From: an uncultured candidate division Zixibacteria bacterium
GTDB lineage: Bacteria > Zixibacteria > MSB-5A5 > GN15 > FEB-12
Reading direction: 5' to 3'
Length of the DNA: 64,000 nt
Assembly: GCA_963664195.1 (NCBI GenBank)
Contig: OY760907.1
Span: forward strand, 3,392,001 to 3,456,000
Part shown: one piece after another, positions 1 to 10,217 of the stretch
Position numbering within the stretch: the first letter of the stretch is position 1
Layout: each line of letters starts with the position of its first letter
Translations under genes and position numbers: made by a program
The notes under the pieces: model-generated
What the model was told of the DNA's origin: nothing
Databases searched by the model: none
The model's input: only the letters and a program-made list of their open reading frames with translations

Positions 1-1
1 T

Positions 2-295
2 CAGTCTGACAACATGCTGACGGGGGGGCTCAAGAGCTTGTTCGCCGTTGCCGAGGCCTACCCCGAGCTTAAAGCCAACGACAACTTCCTGAGCCTGCAA
101 TCAGAATTCAGCGAGCTTGAGGACAGCATTGAGGCGGCCAGACGGTACTACAATGCGGTCGTCAGAGACTACAACACACTTACCGAGACATTCCCGTCGG
201 TTCTGATAGCATCTACTTTCGGTTTCAAACCGGAAGAGTTTTTCGAACTTGACGATGCCACTCAGCGTCAGCCGATCAAACCGGACTTCTCCTGA
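2..295 (+). CDS. lemA: LemA family protein (5'-truncated by window edge)
   Basis: LFAVAEAYPELKANDNFLSLQ...E..IEAARRYYN..VRDYN....FPS LemA motifs; the frame is open back to position 2. Confidence 0.93.
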   Translation, partial: QSDNMLTGGLKSLFAVAEAYPELKANDNFLSLQSEFSELEDSIEAARRYYNAVVRDYNTLTETFPSVLIASTFGFKPEEFFELDDATQRQPIKPDFS

Positions 296-309
296 TAGGA
301 ATCAATCGC

Positions 310-2049
310 ATGAAACGCAATCCTCTGCAGGTAACGAGCACGGCTATCGTCTGTATGGCCATAATCTCCCTCGTTGCGCTCATTCCGACAGCCAGCTTGA
401 GAGCCGAATACTTCACGATAGAAGACTTCCACGCTGATGTAACCATACACGAAAACTCGTCGCTCACCATTGTCGAGACTCTCGATGTCCGCTTCACGCA
501 CGCTCGTCACGGCATATTCAGAGCCATACCCTTCAAGTACATTGATGAGCTGGGAGACCCCATGCGGACTCCGATTGACGTACTATCGGTGAAGGACGAG
601 TCGGGAAGCAAACGACCGTACAAGGTCACCCGGGAGCACAACGAGATCAGCATTCGCATCGGCGATGCCGACAGATACGTCAGCGGGCGCCAGATATATA
701 TCATTGAGTACGAAGTCGAAAACGCCATGCTGTTTCTGGAAGACCACGACGAACTCTATTGGAACGTGACCGGGAATAACTGGCCGGCACCGATTGCACG
801 CGCATCAGCCCTGGTGCATTTCACCAACAGCATAGTCTGTGACAGCCTCCGAACTGATTGCTACACCGGACGGTACGGGTCGAACCACTCTGACTGTATC
901 GCTGAGGCACACGCGGGTCAGGTGTCATATGAGACAACCGAGCCGTTGCGGGTTGCAGAGGGGCTGACCCTGGTATTCGGTTTCGACAAAGGATTGGTCG
1001 CGCCTCCCTCAGCTCTTCAGCAGTTTATCTGGGATTATAACCTTGGAGCAACCTGGGTGATAGTAATCCCCTTCATCGTACTCATATTCATGTTTTTCCG
1101 CTGGCGGAAGAGAGGCAGAGATCCCAGGGTCCGCGAGGCCGTCGTAGTCAAGTACGAACCGCCTTCAAGCAACGGCAGACAACTGACGGCGGCAGAAGTC
1201 GGGACACTCATAGACGAGAAGCTGGACCAACGGGATATCACAGCGGCCATCATCGGTCTGGCAGTGAAGGGATATCTCAAAATCGTGGAAAAGAAGGTCA
1301 GCGGCGTGATTTCGCTTCTCGATTCCATGGAATACCGTCTTGAGAAAGTGAAAGAGTCTGACTCCGAAATGACACCTTTTGAGAAGACACTCATGACGAG
1401 CCTCTTCAGGGACTCTCAGGGATCAATCTATCTGTCAGACCTGGAGAAGAAGTTCTACAAAGACCTTCCTCGCTTGAACCAACTGCAATACTCCGGATTG
1501 ACAAGCAAAGGCTTCTTCTCGGACGACCCCTCGAAAGTTCGGCAGAAATACGCTGGTTTTGGAATCATGGTTACAGTGATCGGAGTGGCACTGTCGTTCG
1601 GCATCGCGTCAGATGCCATATTGATCCACATAATCGCCAGCGTCCTCACCGGCGCAGCCATTTATGGCTTTTCCTCGGCCATGCCCGCCCGTACCCGCGC
1701 TGGAGCTACTGCTAGAATGGACGCGCTCGGCTTCCAGGAGTTCATGACACGCGCCGACAAGGACCGCCTGAAACGCATGGGAACCGGGATTTTCTACGAG
1801 TATCTCCCCTACGCCATGGCTCTTGACGTGTCGGATCAATGGGCGACCGCGTTTGAAGGCCTGTTTAAGGAGCCGCCGGACTGGTACGTCTCAGCCGGGG
1901 GATTCAGCCACTTCTCTCCGGTCATGTTCAACCACTCGCTCTCCACGGCAACCAACAGCATGACAACCGCCATGTATTCAGCCCCTCGCGGCGGAAGCGG
2001 CGGTGGCGGTGGCGGCGGCGGTGGCGGTGGCGGTGGCGGAAGCTGGTAA
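310..2049 (+). CDS. DUF2207 family membrane protein
   Basis: Signal peptide, ELYWNVTG.NW, YEPP, TM segments, YEYLPYAMAL and Gly-rich GGGGGSW C-terminus; usual partner downstream of lemA. Confidence 0.9.
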   Translation: MKRNPLQVTSTAIVCMAIISLVALIPTASLRAEYFTIEDFHADVTIHENSSLTIVETLDVRFTHARHGIFRAIPFKYIDELGDPMRTPIDVLSVKDESGSKRPYKVTREHNEISIRIGDADRYVSGRQIYIIEYEVENAMLFLEDHDELYWNVTGNNWPAPIARASALVHFTNSIVCDSLRTDCYTGRYGSNHSDCIAEAHAGQVSYETTEPLRVAEGLTLVFGFDKGLVAPPSALQQFIWDYNLGATWVIVIPFIVLIFMFFRWRKRGRDPRVREAVVVKYEPPSSNGRQLTAAEVGTLIDEKLDQRDITAAIIGLAVKGYLKIVEKKVSGVISLLDSMEYRLEKVKESDSEMTPFEKTLMTSLFRDSQGSIYLSDLEKKFYKDLPRLNQLQYSGLTSKGFFSDDPSKVRQKYAGFGIMVTVIGVALSFGIASDAILIHIIASVLTGAAIYGFSSAMPARTRAGATARMDALGFQEFMTRADKDRLKRMGTGIFYEYLPYAMALDVSDQWATAFEGLFKEPPDWYVSAGGFSHFSPVMFNHSLSTATNSMTTAMYSAPRGGSGGGGGGGGGGGGGGSW

Positions 2050-2096
2050 GCTCTCCCACAGCCTCTTCCAACGGCCTTGCAAAGTGCATCTCACCA

Positions 2097-2126
2097 AGTC
2101 GAGGGATGGCGTTCCGTCCCTCGACT
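2097..2126 (+). terminator. Strong hairpin downstream of DUF2207 gene
   Basis: AGTCGAGGGATGG-CGTT-CCGTCCCTCGACT; no clear U-tract. Confidence 0.45.
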
Positions 2127-2476
2127 ACCGTGCGTGACAGCTTCTTTCTGATCTCGGCGAATGCGCGTTGAACCGAGACCACCGGCGTCCTTTCTGACGC
2201 TTTCCGGCACGAACCACGTATTGACACTGCCCAAAAGGAGCCACCGACGCAATCCGACAGCGAGGCGCCTGAGAATTCCAGTCAGATCACTGAACCAGAG
2301 AATACGGCACGCCGATACAAACCATGAGGCCAGTTTTTGCTGGACTTGGAAAAGCAGGCCCATTAGACTACTTGTATAGTACTGGATTCGACTCAGATGA
2401 GGAGACACCGACGAACCGTCGCCGGCAGCCTCACAGCAGCAGACGACATGAACTTCGCCAGCCCCACGAAGGTATT

Positions 2477-4411
2477 ATGAAACGTTTCCCCCCTCTCACT
2501 CAAAGTGTGTGCACAATTGTGCTTGCCGCATTCATCCTGACTGTGGCTCTTGCGACGCATACCGCAGCGGCTTCTGCCGCGGAGCAATTCACCGATGCAA
2601 CGAAGTACGTGAACCGTACTCGTGGCCTGACGCTCTCAATCCTCAAACAGATCAAACAGGTCGACAAACTGTACCGGTCTTCGACCGGAGCGCCAGCAGA
2701 AGGCCAGCGGCCGGCGGCAAGAGAGCAACTGGCGGCCACCAAGCTGCTGGTAGGCTCCTTCGAACAGACATCGCGCGAAGCTGAGGATAAGCTTCGTGCC
2801 CTGAAACAGAATCCCGAGTATGCCGGCAAGGCGTCGGCTATGGAAAGAGATGTGAGAAAGTACCGGAGGGCCGTCAATAAGGTCTACGGCAAGGCAATCG
2901 ACGATTTCGGAGAACCACCGGACCGGGCGTCTTACTCGGCCACACCGATTCAGCCCGGAGCAAAACTCTCCATTACCGGCGAGGCAACCGGAACGCTTGG
3001 CTGGTCCGGCTACAAACGTCCCAATGCCGTCCCGGAATTCGATCAAAGCACGACGGATTTCGGCCTGGGCGCCAAAGGCAAGTGGATACTCAATGAAAAG
3101 TGGAATATCGACGCCAAACTGGGGCATCTGTCCACAGTCGAGCGCGTCGCCCAGAACAGAAACAACTTTGGTGCAACAGCCAATTTCGCAGCCTCACCTC
3201 AGTTGTATTTCAACGGTGGACTTGATTGGTCCGGTTACAATGAGAGTGATACCGACGCCAACGACTTCAGTGATTTCGATCTTTTTCTGAAGAGTGACTA
3301 CCGGGGCACGGGGCTTCGTGGCAACGCCATGATAAAGAAGTCTTCCCGCGGATACTCCGACAAGGCGGTTGCAAACGTTGCCGATTACGGGACCTTCAAT
3401 TTCCTGGCCAATGCCATCGTACCAACCGGTCAGGGACCGCTGAAACTTCAATTGAACTATCTCACGAGAAGCAACGAGATCAAGGCCAACGATCACAAGG
3501 AGTTCAATCCGAGTGCTGTCCTGGAATTCGGTCCCAACGGTAACGAAGTGGGCGTCAGTTACCAATCGCTGTCACACCCGGAAGTCAACGATTCTCCGCT
3601 CGATGCTACGCGCATCAAGGCACATTTGACCGTTAAGAGCAGGATAGAATCCGGCACCAAGCAGTACGGTCCCTCAGTTGCCCTGTACTCCTATCCCAAC
3701 GACGAGGAGCGTAACTTCACAGACCTCAAGTTCGATTACAACAAAGTCTCGTTCGCCAACGGCTCATCATCTGCGAACTTCCGCCTGACATATCGAATGA
3801 CCGGCGACAACGCCTTTGACTTTGCCCAGCTTGAGTATCGAACCAACAAGGTCCCGAGCGGCGCTGGAAGGTACAATAGCACTAATTTGGCGGTGCGCTA
3901 TTACACCGAACAGTCTGCTGACGACGAATTCTTCAATCTCGCCCCCGCGCATACCATCGACGCTAACTGGCGCTTTGGCTGGAATCTCACAACCTCGGCC
4001 CCGATCAATCGACTGTCGGTCGGCCCGGTGATCGGCGGCAGGATGTTTCTCGACACTGAGCGCAACGACAAATTCGATGGTGATCTGCTTGATGTCGACT
4101 ATCTCTGGCAGAACCCACGCAACTTCTTCCGCCTGGGAGTCGAGGCCGCAACCGGTATCGTAACCCCGACTGGCTTCAAAATCGACGGCAAACTCGGCTG
4201 GCAGACGGTTGTGCTCTATAATTCGGATCCCAAGCGCAGCACGAAACTGCTGACGCTTGATGTTCGTGGAAGCTACCAGATCAATTCACAGTTCTTCCTT
4301 GACGGCGATGTCGATTTCCATCGCACTCGCGCCGACGAAAAAGCGTTTGCTGATCTGGATAGAACCGGAGTACGCTTTCAGGTACGGTACCTGATCGACG
4401 TTCAACAATAG
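2477..4411 (+). CDS. Putative outer-membrane beta-barrel protein with N-terminal helical/coiled-coil domain
   Basis: Likely start ATG 2477 (MKRFPPL...) then a signal peptide, ~120 aa helical region and ~480 aa of amphipathic beta-strands ending GVRFQVRYLIDVQQ. Confidence 0.6.
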   Translation: MKRFPPLTQSVCTIVLAAFILTVALATHTAAASAAEQFTDATKYVNRTRGLTLSILKQIKQVDKLYRSSTGAPAEGQRPAAREQLAATKLLVGSFEQTSREAEDKLRALKQNPEYAGKASAMERDVRKYRRAVNKVYGKAIDDFGEPPDRASYSATPIQPGAKLSITGEATGTLGWSGYKRPNAVPEFDQSTTDFGLGAKGKWILNEKWNIDAKLGHLSTVERVAQNRNNFGATANFAASPQLYFNGGLDWSGYNESDTDANDFSDFDLFLKSDYRGTGLRGNAMIKKSSRGYSDKAVANVADYGTFNFLANAIVPTGQGPLKLQLNYLTRSNEIKANDHKEFNPSAVLEFGPNGNEVGVSYQSLSHPEVNDSPLDATRIKAHLTVKSRIESGTKQYGPSVALYSYPNDEERNFTDLKFDYNKVSFANGSSSANFRLTYRMTGDNAFDFAQLEYRTNKVPSGAGRYNSTNLAVRYYTEQSADDEFFNLAPAHTIDANWRFGWNLTTSAPINRLSVGPVIGGRMFLDTERNDKFDGDLLDVDYLWQNPRNFFRLGVEAATGIVTPTGFKIDGKLGWQTVVLYNSDPKRSTKLLTLDVRGSYQINSQFFLDGDVDFHRTRADEKAFADLDRTGVRFQVRYLIDVQQ

Positions 4412-4438
4412 ACAGGATGACAGGACGGAGATAGAACA

Positions 4439-7400
4439 ATGAAGTACTTCAATAACAAAACACGGATTCCCTGGCTGATAGTATTGCTCCTGTTAGCCCT
4501 GGCGCTTTCGGCAAGCCCGACCTACGCCGGTTGCTTCGAAGACGACGAGTACGCCGAAGCCCTCAAGCAGACAGAAGACGAATGGAACGCTGTCCAGGAA
4601 ACGATGAAGCAGTCCAGCGAGAAGTTCAAAGAGTTTCGCGAGAAATACCAGGAATACGAAGATAACATCTTCAGTCAGGACTGGGAAAAGGGCATCAGAT
4701 TCGTCACACGTCTTTTCGATCTGGACCCCAAAGACGAAGCCCTGGCCAAACAGAAATTGAAAGAGGTCCGCGAAGGGTTCAACAAACTCGATGCGGCCGG
4801 CATCAAGACCAAGCTGGACTATGTAACCGATAAGTTGGACCGAGCCGTTGGCATCTCTACAGAGATCACCAATGCGTATGAGTTTGCGAAGAAATTCGAC
4901 CCGGCCAACGCCAAGGACAACCCGACCTACGGTCTTCGCATGATCGGCACGATCCTGTCTGAGAGCGCGGGAAAAGTCAAATCCATCCCGCTGGTCGGCC
5001 AGATTCTCGGACCCTGGGTCGAAGCCTACGCCGAAGTGGCAGGTGACTTTGCCAACGCTCTGGATCGTCTGGGCAAAAAGATCAAAGATTTCCGTCAGGA
5101 CAGTCTCTGTGCCCAGCTTGGTACAGGTACCGATGCCATGGCCGCCTTCGAGTCGGCAGGAAAGGCATCCTCAGTTTGGGACGGCGAAACATGCCTGACG
5201 TATTTCGGCACCGGTGCGTTCAAACGCATGAAAGGCATGGCCTGGGAAGGCAACAAGACCTATTTCCTCTTCAATCCGGTCGGTTGCCTCGGCTACTTCT
5301 CCCTCAAGGGCAACACCGATAAGGTCTATCGATGGCACGAGCTGCTGATCAAGCGTCGCGCCCTCGAACCGGACTGGCTTGCGGGCCGGGCTAACTCCCT
5401 GAAACCTGAACTCGAGAAGACCGCAATCGAATGCTACCAGAAATTCGCCAGTTGGGATTCACGCTCGCACAAAGGCTGGATCATCATTGACAAACTCGGC
5501 GGCTCTTACGCCGACACGGTCCGGACTTATGCCAGATACGGGCAGGAGACGTTTGTCGCCAACTTCATGCTCGACGAGAGATGCAAAAGGAATATCCTCG
5601 CCGTCATCACTGAATACGAGAAGTACACGTACATAGAAGGTCTTGTCTTTGGCAATGACGGAACCGGCAACAAAGGCTTGAGCGGTGCGTCTGTAGACAT
5701 CACGATGGACGGCAAGAGCTTCTCCACCACTACCAGTTCCGGTGGTGATTTCGAACTCCTCATGGCCGCGAAACATGGTAGTATTAAAGGCAAAGTAACC
5801 GCTGATGGCTATGAAGACCACAAGATCGACGGCAGCATTCCTGACAACGTTCTGCTCGGCATGGTAATCAGCCTGGGAGGCGAAGTACAGACCTTCTCGA
5901 TTAGCGGCAGGGTCGTCAGGGCCGGTGCAACTCCGACCGCTCCGGTAGCGGGAGCCACCGTAACAGTCTCAGGCGGCGCCAAATCCGGAGGAGCAGCCAC
6001 AACCGGAGCTGACGGCGCATTTACGCTTTCCGCAACTGCCGGAGCAGGCACCAGTCTCGATCTCTCGGCCGTTGCCGGCGACGAGTCCGGTGGAGAAACT
6101 GTGGTTGCAAGAGGCGAGTCCATCGCCGGCGTGGTCATCGGTATCGGCTTGGATGGAGGCACGGGCGAAGGTGTCCCATGGGATCTCAATGTAACCGTTC
6201 TCGACAGCGATGGTCAGCCCTTGCCGGGCGCCGCCGTTACCGGCGGTGGACTATCGTCTGCGACAGGTGGTGCCGGGACGACAGTTCTTGGGCCCATTGC
6301 GGTCAAGAATCATACGAAAGAGAATCCCTTCTCTGTCACAGTCAGCGCTTCGGTCGCCGCCGAGGGCAATCAGACTATCGGTGCCAGCCCGGCGACAGTC
6401 ACATACACGGGTGAAGCTGCTTCATCCGTCACGTTGACCGTTCCCGTTGAGCAGGCCGCCGAGGTCACAATCAGCGGTCGTGTGCTCGATGCTAACGGCG
6501 TCGGTGTCCTCGGTGCTACCATCAGCACAGATGCGGGCGTCTCCACATCAACTGGCGGTGACGGTGGCTATTCGCTTCCGCCGGTTACGGTTTATGTGAA
6601 CACGCCGATCAACGTGAGCGCCTCATATTCCGACGCCAACAACAGCTTTGCCGACGGTCCGAAGGCTGTCATCTACGACGGGAAGACCAAAAGACTCAGC
6701 GCCAGTTTCACATTGAGTATGTCGCAGGCGCTCTCGGTAAACATATCCGGACGTGTGGTTGACATGAGAGGCGAACCGTTGTCCGGAGCTTCCGTAAGTC
6801 TTTCCACAGGACAGGCCACGAGCTCGGGCGGTGACGGCTCTTTCACGATGCCGCCGGTCGAAACCGAACTTGGGGTCGCAGTCGTAGTTTCGGCCTCGGT
6901 CACCACGTACGACGGACAGAGTGTCGGCGGACAAACAACCGTGATTCCCAGAGACGTCGACTGCGGCGGTGCGGTGATTTCTATCGAGGTCGAGCAGGAC
7001 CCTACGGTAACGATCACCGGGACCGTTACCGACACCAAAGGCGATGGCATATCCGGCGCCAGTGTCAGGGCTGGAGGCATGTCGACAACTACCGGCGGCG
7101 GCGGAAGTTTTACGCTTCCCCCGTTCCCGAGCAAAGACGGCACCTCGGTTTCCGTCTCGGCAACCGCAACTGACGACGACGGCAATTCTCATTCGGGTCA
7201 GGGATCGGTTATCCCTTCGACCGAAGACGGTACCGGGAGCGTGTCGATCACCATCGACATGACTGCCGAACCGGACGAAGGAGAAGACGAAGGTGACGAT
7301 GAAGACGTCGAAGATCTGATCGACGAACTCGAAGAAGAGCTTGGCGGTGGTGCCGGTTATGATGCGGCTCTCTCAGCCTTCCAATCTATGATCTCCAGCC

Positions 7401-8266
7401 TCGATGGTATCGCAGGCGAGTTCTACAGCCAGATTGACTACTTCGACCAGCGCGTGCGTGAACTCCGTGAGGAATCCTGCGAGGCTTCCGACGTCGGCTA
7501 CGCGCTCAACGCAGCCGATGCCCAACTCACGATGTACGACGTTGCTCTGTCTCAGTTGCCCGGCCTGTACGCCGACGTGGTAGCCACGACTCCCGAAGAT
7601 CCGGATCCGGGTGGTTTCGTGTCTGTCGAAGGAGAGCTGAACCGCGTTGTTGGCCAGGGAGATGGCATGGACGGGGCATATAGCGCGAGCCTCGGTCAAT
7701 ACGGCGCATACGAATGCGACAAAGACGCCTCGGATGCGGACGCTGGCGCAACAGCCGATGAAGACGCTGATCCTGATGACGTCGGAACAGGCGCTGAAGG
7801 CGGTGGTGGTGTCGAAATCTGCGGCGACGGTATTGACAACAACTCCAACGGAGAAATCGACGAGTGCAGTGCCGGGTGCTGTGACAAGAGTGTCCAGATC
7901 ACCGTGTCTGACTGCGGAAACGCGGCTGATGACGTCTTCCAGGTTGCAATCGACGGCAGTACGGTGGGTGTGACTCCCAAGGGCATGTACAACACCTTCA
8001 ACGTCAAACTCGACCCGGGCTCTCATACGGTGACCATCACCTGTCTGGACGACGGCGGCAATCCGCTCGGTTCCGACGTCGGCACCGCGTGTGTCACAGT
8101 GGTGGTCTACGGTGCAGACTCACCGGTAGGAGGTGCGGGTTCTTCGCCGAGTATCGATTATGGTGCCTCGGCCGAGGTGAGCTTCGAAGTCCCGGCAGGT
8201 CCGGGCACTCCGACCGCTCCCCCTGTCGTCACAGGCGCCATGCACAAGGCCCAGGGGCTGCGGTAG
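4439..8266 (+). CDS. Large secreted protein: helical N-domain, several carboxypeptidase-regulatory-like (Cna-B type) repeats, acidic linkers, EICGDGIDNNSNGEIDE motif, C-terminal beta domain
   Basis: Signal peptide; repeats of ISGRV.D..G....GA.V......T.T.GDG.F.L; CxDGIDNNxxGxIDE putative metal-binding motif; GGAG RBS. Confidence 0.75.
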   Translation: MKYFNNKTRIPWLIVLLLLALALSASPTYAGCFEDDEYAEALKQTEDEWNAVQETMKQSSEKFKEFREKYQEYEDNIFSQDWEKGIRFVTRLFDLDPKDEALAKQKLKEVREGFNKLDAAGIKTKLDYVTDKLDRAVGISTEITNAYEFAKKFDPANAKDNPTYGLRMIGTILSESAGKVKSIPLVGQILGPWVEAYAEVAGDFANALDRLGKKIKDFRQDSLCAQLGTGTDAMAAFESAGKASSVWDGETCLTYFGTGAFKRMKGMAWEGNKTYFLFNPVGCLGYFSLKGNTDKVYRWHELLIKRRALEPDWLAGRANSLKPELEKTAIECYQKFASWDSRSHKGWIIIDKLGGSYADTVRTYARYGQETFVANFMLDERCKRNILAVITEYEKYTYIEGLVFGNDGTGNKGLSGASVDITMDGKSFSTTTSSGGDFELLMAAKHGSIKGKVTADGYEDHKIDGSIPDNVLLGMVISLGGEVQTFSISGRVVRAGATPTAPVAGATVTVSGGAKSGGAATTGADGAFTLSATAGAGTSLDLSAVAGDESGGETVVARGESIAGVVIGIGLDGGTGEGVPWDLNVTVLDSDGQPLPGAAVTGGGLSSATGGAGTTVLGPIAVKNHTKENPFSVTVSASVAAEGNQTIGASPATVTYTGEAASSVTLTVPVEQAAEVTISGRVLDANGVGVLGATISTDAGVSTSTGGDGGYSLPPVTVYVNTPINVSASYSDANNSFADGPKAVIYDGKTKRLSASFTLSMSQALSVNISGRVVDMRGEPLSGASVSLSTGQATSSGGDGSFTMPPVETELGVAVVVSASVTTYDGQSVGGQTTVIPRDVDCGGAVISIEVEQDPTVTITGTVTDTKGDGISGASVRAGGMSTTTGGGGSFTLPPFPSKDGTSVSVSATATDDDGNSHSGQGSVIPSTEDGTGSVSITIDMTAEPDEGEDEGDDEDVEDLIDELEEELGGGAGYDAALSAFQSMISSLDGIAGEFYSQIDYFDQRVRELREESCEASDVGYALNAADAQLTMYDVALSQLPGLYADVVATTPEDPDPGGFVSVEGELNRVVGQGDGMDGAYSASLGQYGAYECDKDASDADAGATADEDADPDDVGTGAEGGGGVEICGDGIDNNSNGEIDECSAGCCDKSVQITVSDCGNAADDVFQVAIDGSTVGVTPKGMYNTFNVKLDPGSHTVTITCLDDGGNPLGSDVGTACVTVVVYGADSPVGGAGSSPSIDYGASAEVSFEVPAGPGTPTAPPVVTGAMHKAQGLR

Positions 8267-8288
8267 AATCATCTTCTCGATGCAACAC

Positions 8289-8323
8289 AAAAGCCCCCCG
8301 ACCACACGGCCAGGGGGCTTTTT
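8289..8323. terminator. Bidirectional rho-independent terminator
   Basis: AAAAGCCCCC...GGGGGCTTTTT between convergent genes. Confidence 0.85.
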
Positions 8324-8341
8324 CTATCGGTGTATTTACTA

Positions 8342-8680
8342 CTACTTCTCTGCCCAATCTTTCAGCTTGTCCGGCTGATAGCCGAGCATCGCCCGCTGAC
8401 CATCCCGCACAATCGGCGTACGTAGCAAGAGCGGGTAGTCAAGCAGCACTTCCTCGATGTTGTGCCGCAGGTATTTCAGATTCCGTTTTTCGTACTCGCG
8501 CCCTTCAGTGTCAATCAGATCCTCAAGAGGGATCGTGCGGCAGATACTTCGAAGCTCCCCCGGACTTACGCCCTTCTGGGTTAAGTCTATGAATTGTATC
8601 TGAATACGTCGCTCCTTGAAGAACCGTATCGCCTTTTGCGTTTCTTTGCACTTCTTTGTCCCGAATACCTGAATAGCCAT
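8342..8680 (-). CDS. ArsC/Spx/YffB family protein
   Basis: Start re-assigned to MAIQVFGTKKCKETQKA.RFF; P.LLRTPIVRDG...GY motif. Confidence 0.85.
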   Translation of the reverse strand: MAIQVFGTKKCKETQKAIRFFKERRIQIQFIDLTQKGVSPGELRSICRTIPLEDLIDTEGREYEKRNLKYLRHNIEEVLLDYPLLLRTPIVRDGQRAMLGYQPDKLKDWAEK

Positions 8681-8858
8681 CACATACCTTTGTACGAAAA
8701 CAATCAGACTCTGTATCTCCCCCATATTACTGTAAAAACCGCTCAGAAAAAGCGCAAAGTGGCGGCTCGCCGCCTTCCTCCGGGGAAAACGTCTCACACA
8801 CTCGTGGATTCTGCCGATAACGAACCTTAATGCTTTGAATTGACAACGACAGCTTTGT

Positions 8859-10217
8859 GTGGACAACTTGGGATTGAACGACTGCAAAACAGCAGATAAG
8901 ATACTGCTTAGTAAAGCCTTAACGCTAATTGTGCTTTTTGCGCTGCTGGCCGCGCCGACGATGGCCGAACAGCCGTATTCTTTCTCATTCATTCAATCAG
9001 ACGGACAACAGCTATCATTCGACGCCGATTTCGACAACGGCAACCTTCTTTTTGCAGCGCAAGAAGGCAATCTGTTCACAGTCGGTCCAGGCTTCTGGCT
9101 CCATTTCAGAGTCACCGGAGTATCTCAAAAAACACCAGCATTCCGGACTCAACAGATCGGCAATCCGCACTACGTAGATTCGCATCGCATGGTGTTTCGA
9201 TATGAAGGCGAAAGCTCGTGGCAACCAATGGACACCGGCTATTTGAGCAACGACGACTACTACTTTGGAAATCGAGAACCTTTCGACAAAGACACTGTCT
9301 ACATCGCCTACTGGTATCCTCGGACGTTTGAACAGACCGCGACATTCATAGATAGGATCCAGGATGAAAGAAACGTCCGCAACGCCGGATCGAGAGGCCT
9401 CTCACAGGAAGGTCGCCCCGTCTACGGTTTTGAGGTCACTGACCCTTATGTCCCTGACGAAGACAAAGCACATGTTGTATTCATTCACCAGCACTCTCTG
9501 GAAACGCCGGGCGCATTCATTATGGAAGGCATGGCAGAGTACCTGATCAACTCAAGCGAACCGGAAGCTGAGTATCTTCGCCAAACAGTCGTCTTCCACT
9601 TCTACCCACTGGTGATGCCAGATGTTCTGTACCACGGCTATGAAACCGGGTTGAACTCAAACCGCGTCTGGCATCCCGGACCGCCGCAGGAAAATGAGCC
9701 AACCTCCGTTCGTGAAGTAGACATTGTTCGGCAGGCCATAATCGATGAAGCCGACGGCTGTGCCGCCTACGCTCTTGATTTCCACGCCCATCCCGGTCAC
9801 GTCGGTGATTGCTACTATTGGGGTCTTCAAAACGGTCCGACGCTCATGGTCGACGCCGCCTACGAATTCGTTGAACGCGTTCATAAACACGATAGCGCAG
9901 ACAATCGCGGCAAGCCGATCATTTCCAACAACATCGCCTCAGACTTGAGAGACTGGACCAAAGGCCCCCCGGCAGACATGTGGCTCTACGAAACGCTGGG
10001 AGCAATAAGCTTCACAATCGAGCCGGGCTCGGTGCCCACGCACAGCATCGAACGCTTGAAAGAACTCGGCATCTCATTCTGTCTCGGTCTGGCTGACGTG
10101 ATGCACGATCACACCAGCCACCTGGCCTCGCAGCAAGAGACGATCGACGTTTTGGAGAGTCCCGTCAGATCACTTCGAAAAGATACGCCAGACAGAAGTA
10201 CAGCCCGATCCCGATAA
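8859..10217 (+). CDS. M14 zinc carboxypeptidase, CCP/Nna1-like, apparently with signal peptide (start uncertain)
   Basis: FDADFDNGNL, WLHFRV and YWYPRT CCP-type N-domain motifs; HxxE (HSLE), NR.W, LDFH, FTIE. Confidence 0.75.
   Translation: MDNLGLNDCKTADKILLSKALTLIVLFALLAAPTMAEQPYSFSFIQSDGQQLSFDADFDNGNLLFAAQEGNLFTVGPGFWLHFRVTGVSQKTPAFRTQQIGNPHYVDSHRMVFRYEGESSWQPMDTGYLSNDDYYFGNREPFDKDTVYIAYWYPRTFEQTATFIDRIQDERNVRNAGSRGLSQEGRPVYGFEVTDPYVPDEDKAHVVFIHQHSLETPGAFIMEGMAEYLINSSEPEAEYLRQTVVFHFYPLVMPDVLYHGYETGLNSNRVWHPGPPQENEPTSVREVDIVRQAIIDEADGCAAYALDFHAHPGHVGDCYYWGLQNGPTLMVDAAYEFVERVHKHDSADNRGKPIISNNIASDLRDWTKGPPADMWLYETLGAISFTIEPGSVPTHSIERLKELGISFCLGLADVMHDHTSHLASQQETIDVLESPVRSLRKDTPDRSTARSR

Noticed and set aside
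1999..2040. GGC/GGT trinucleotide run as a contingency locus
   Set aside because: It encodes the ordinary Gly-rich DUF2207 tail, and slippage would stay in frame.
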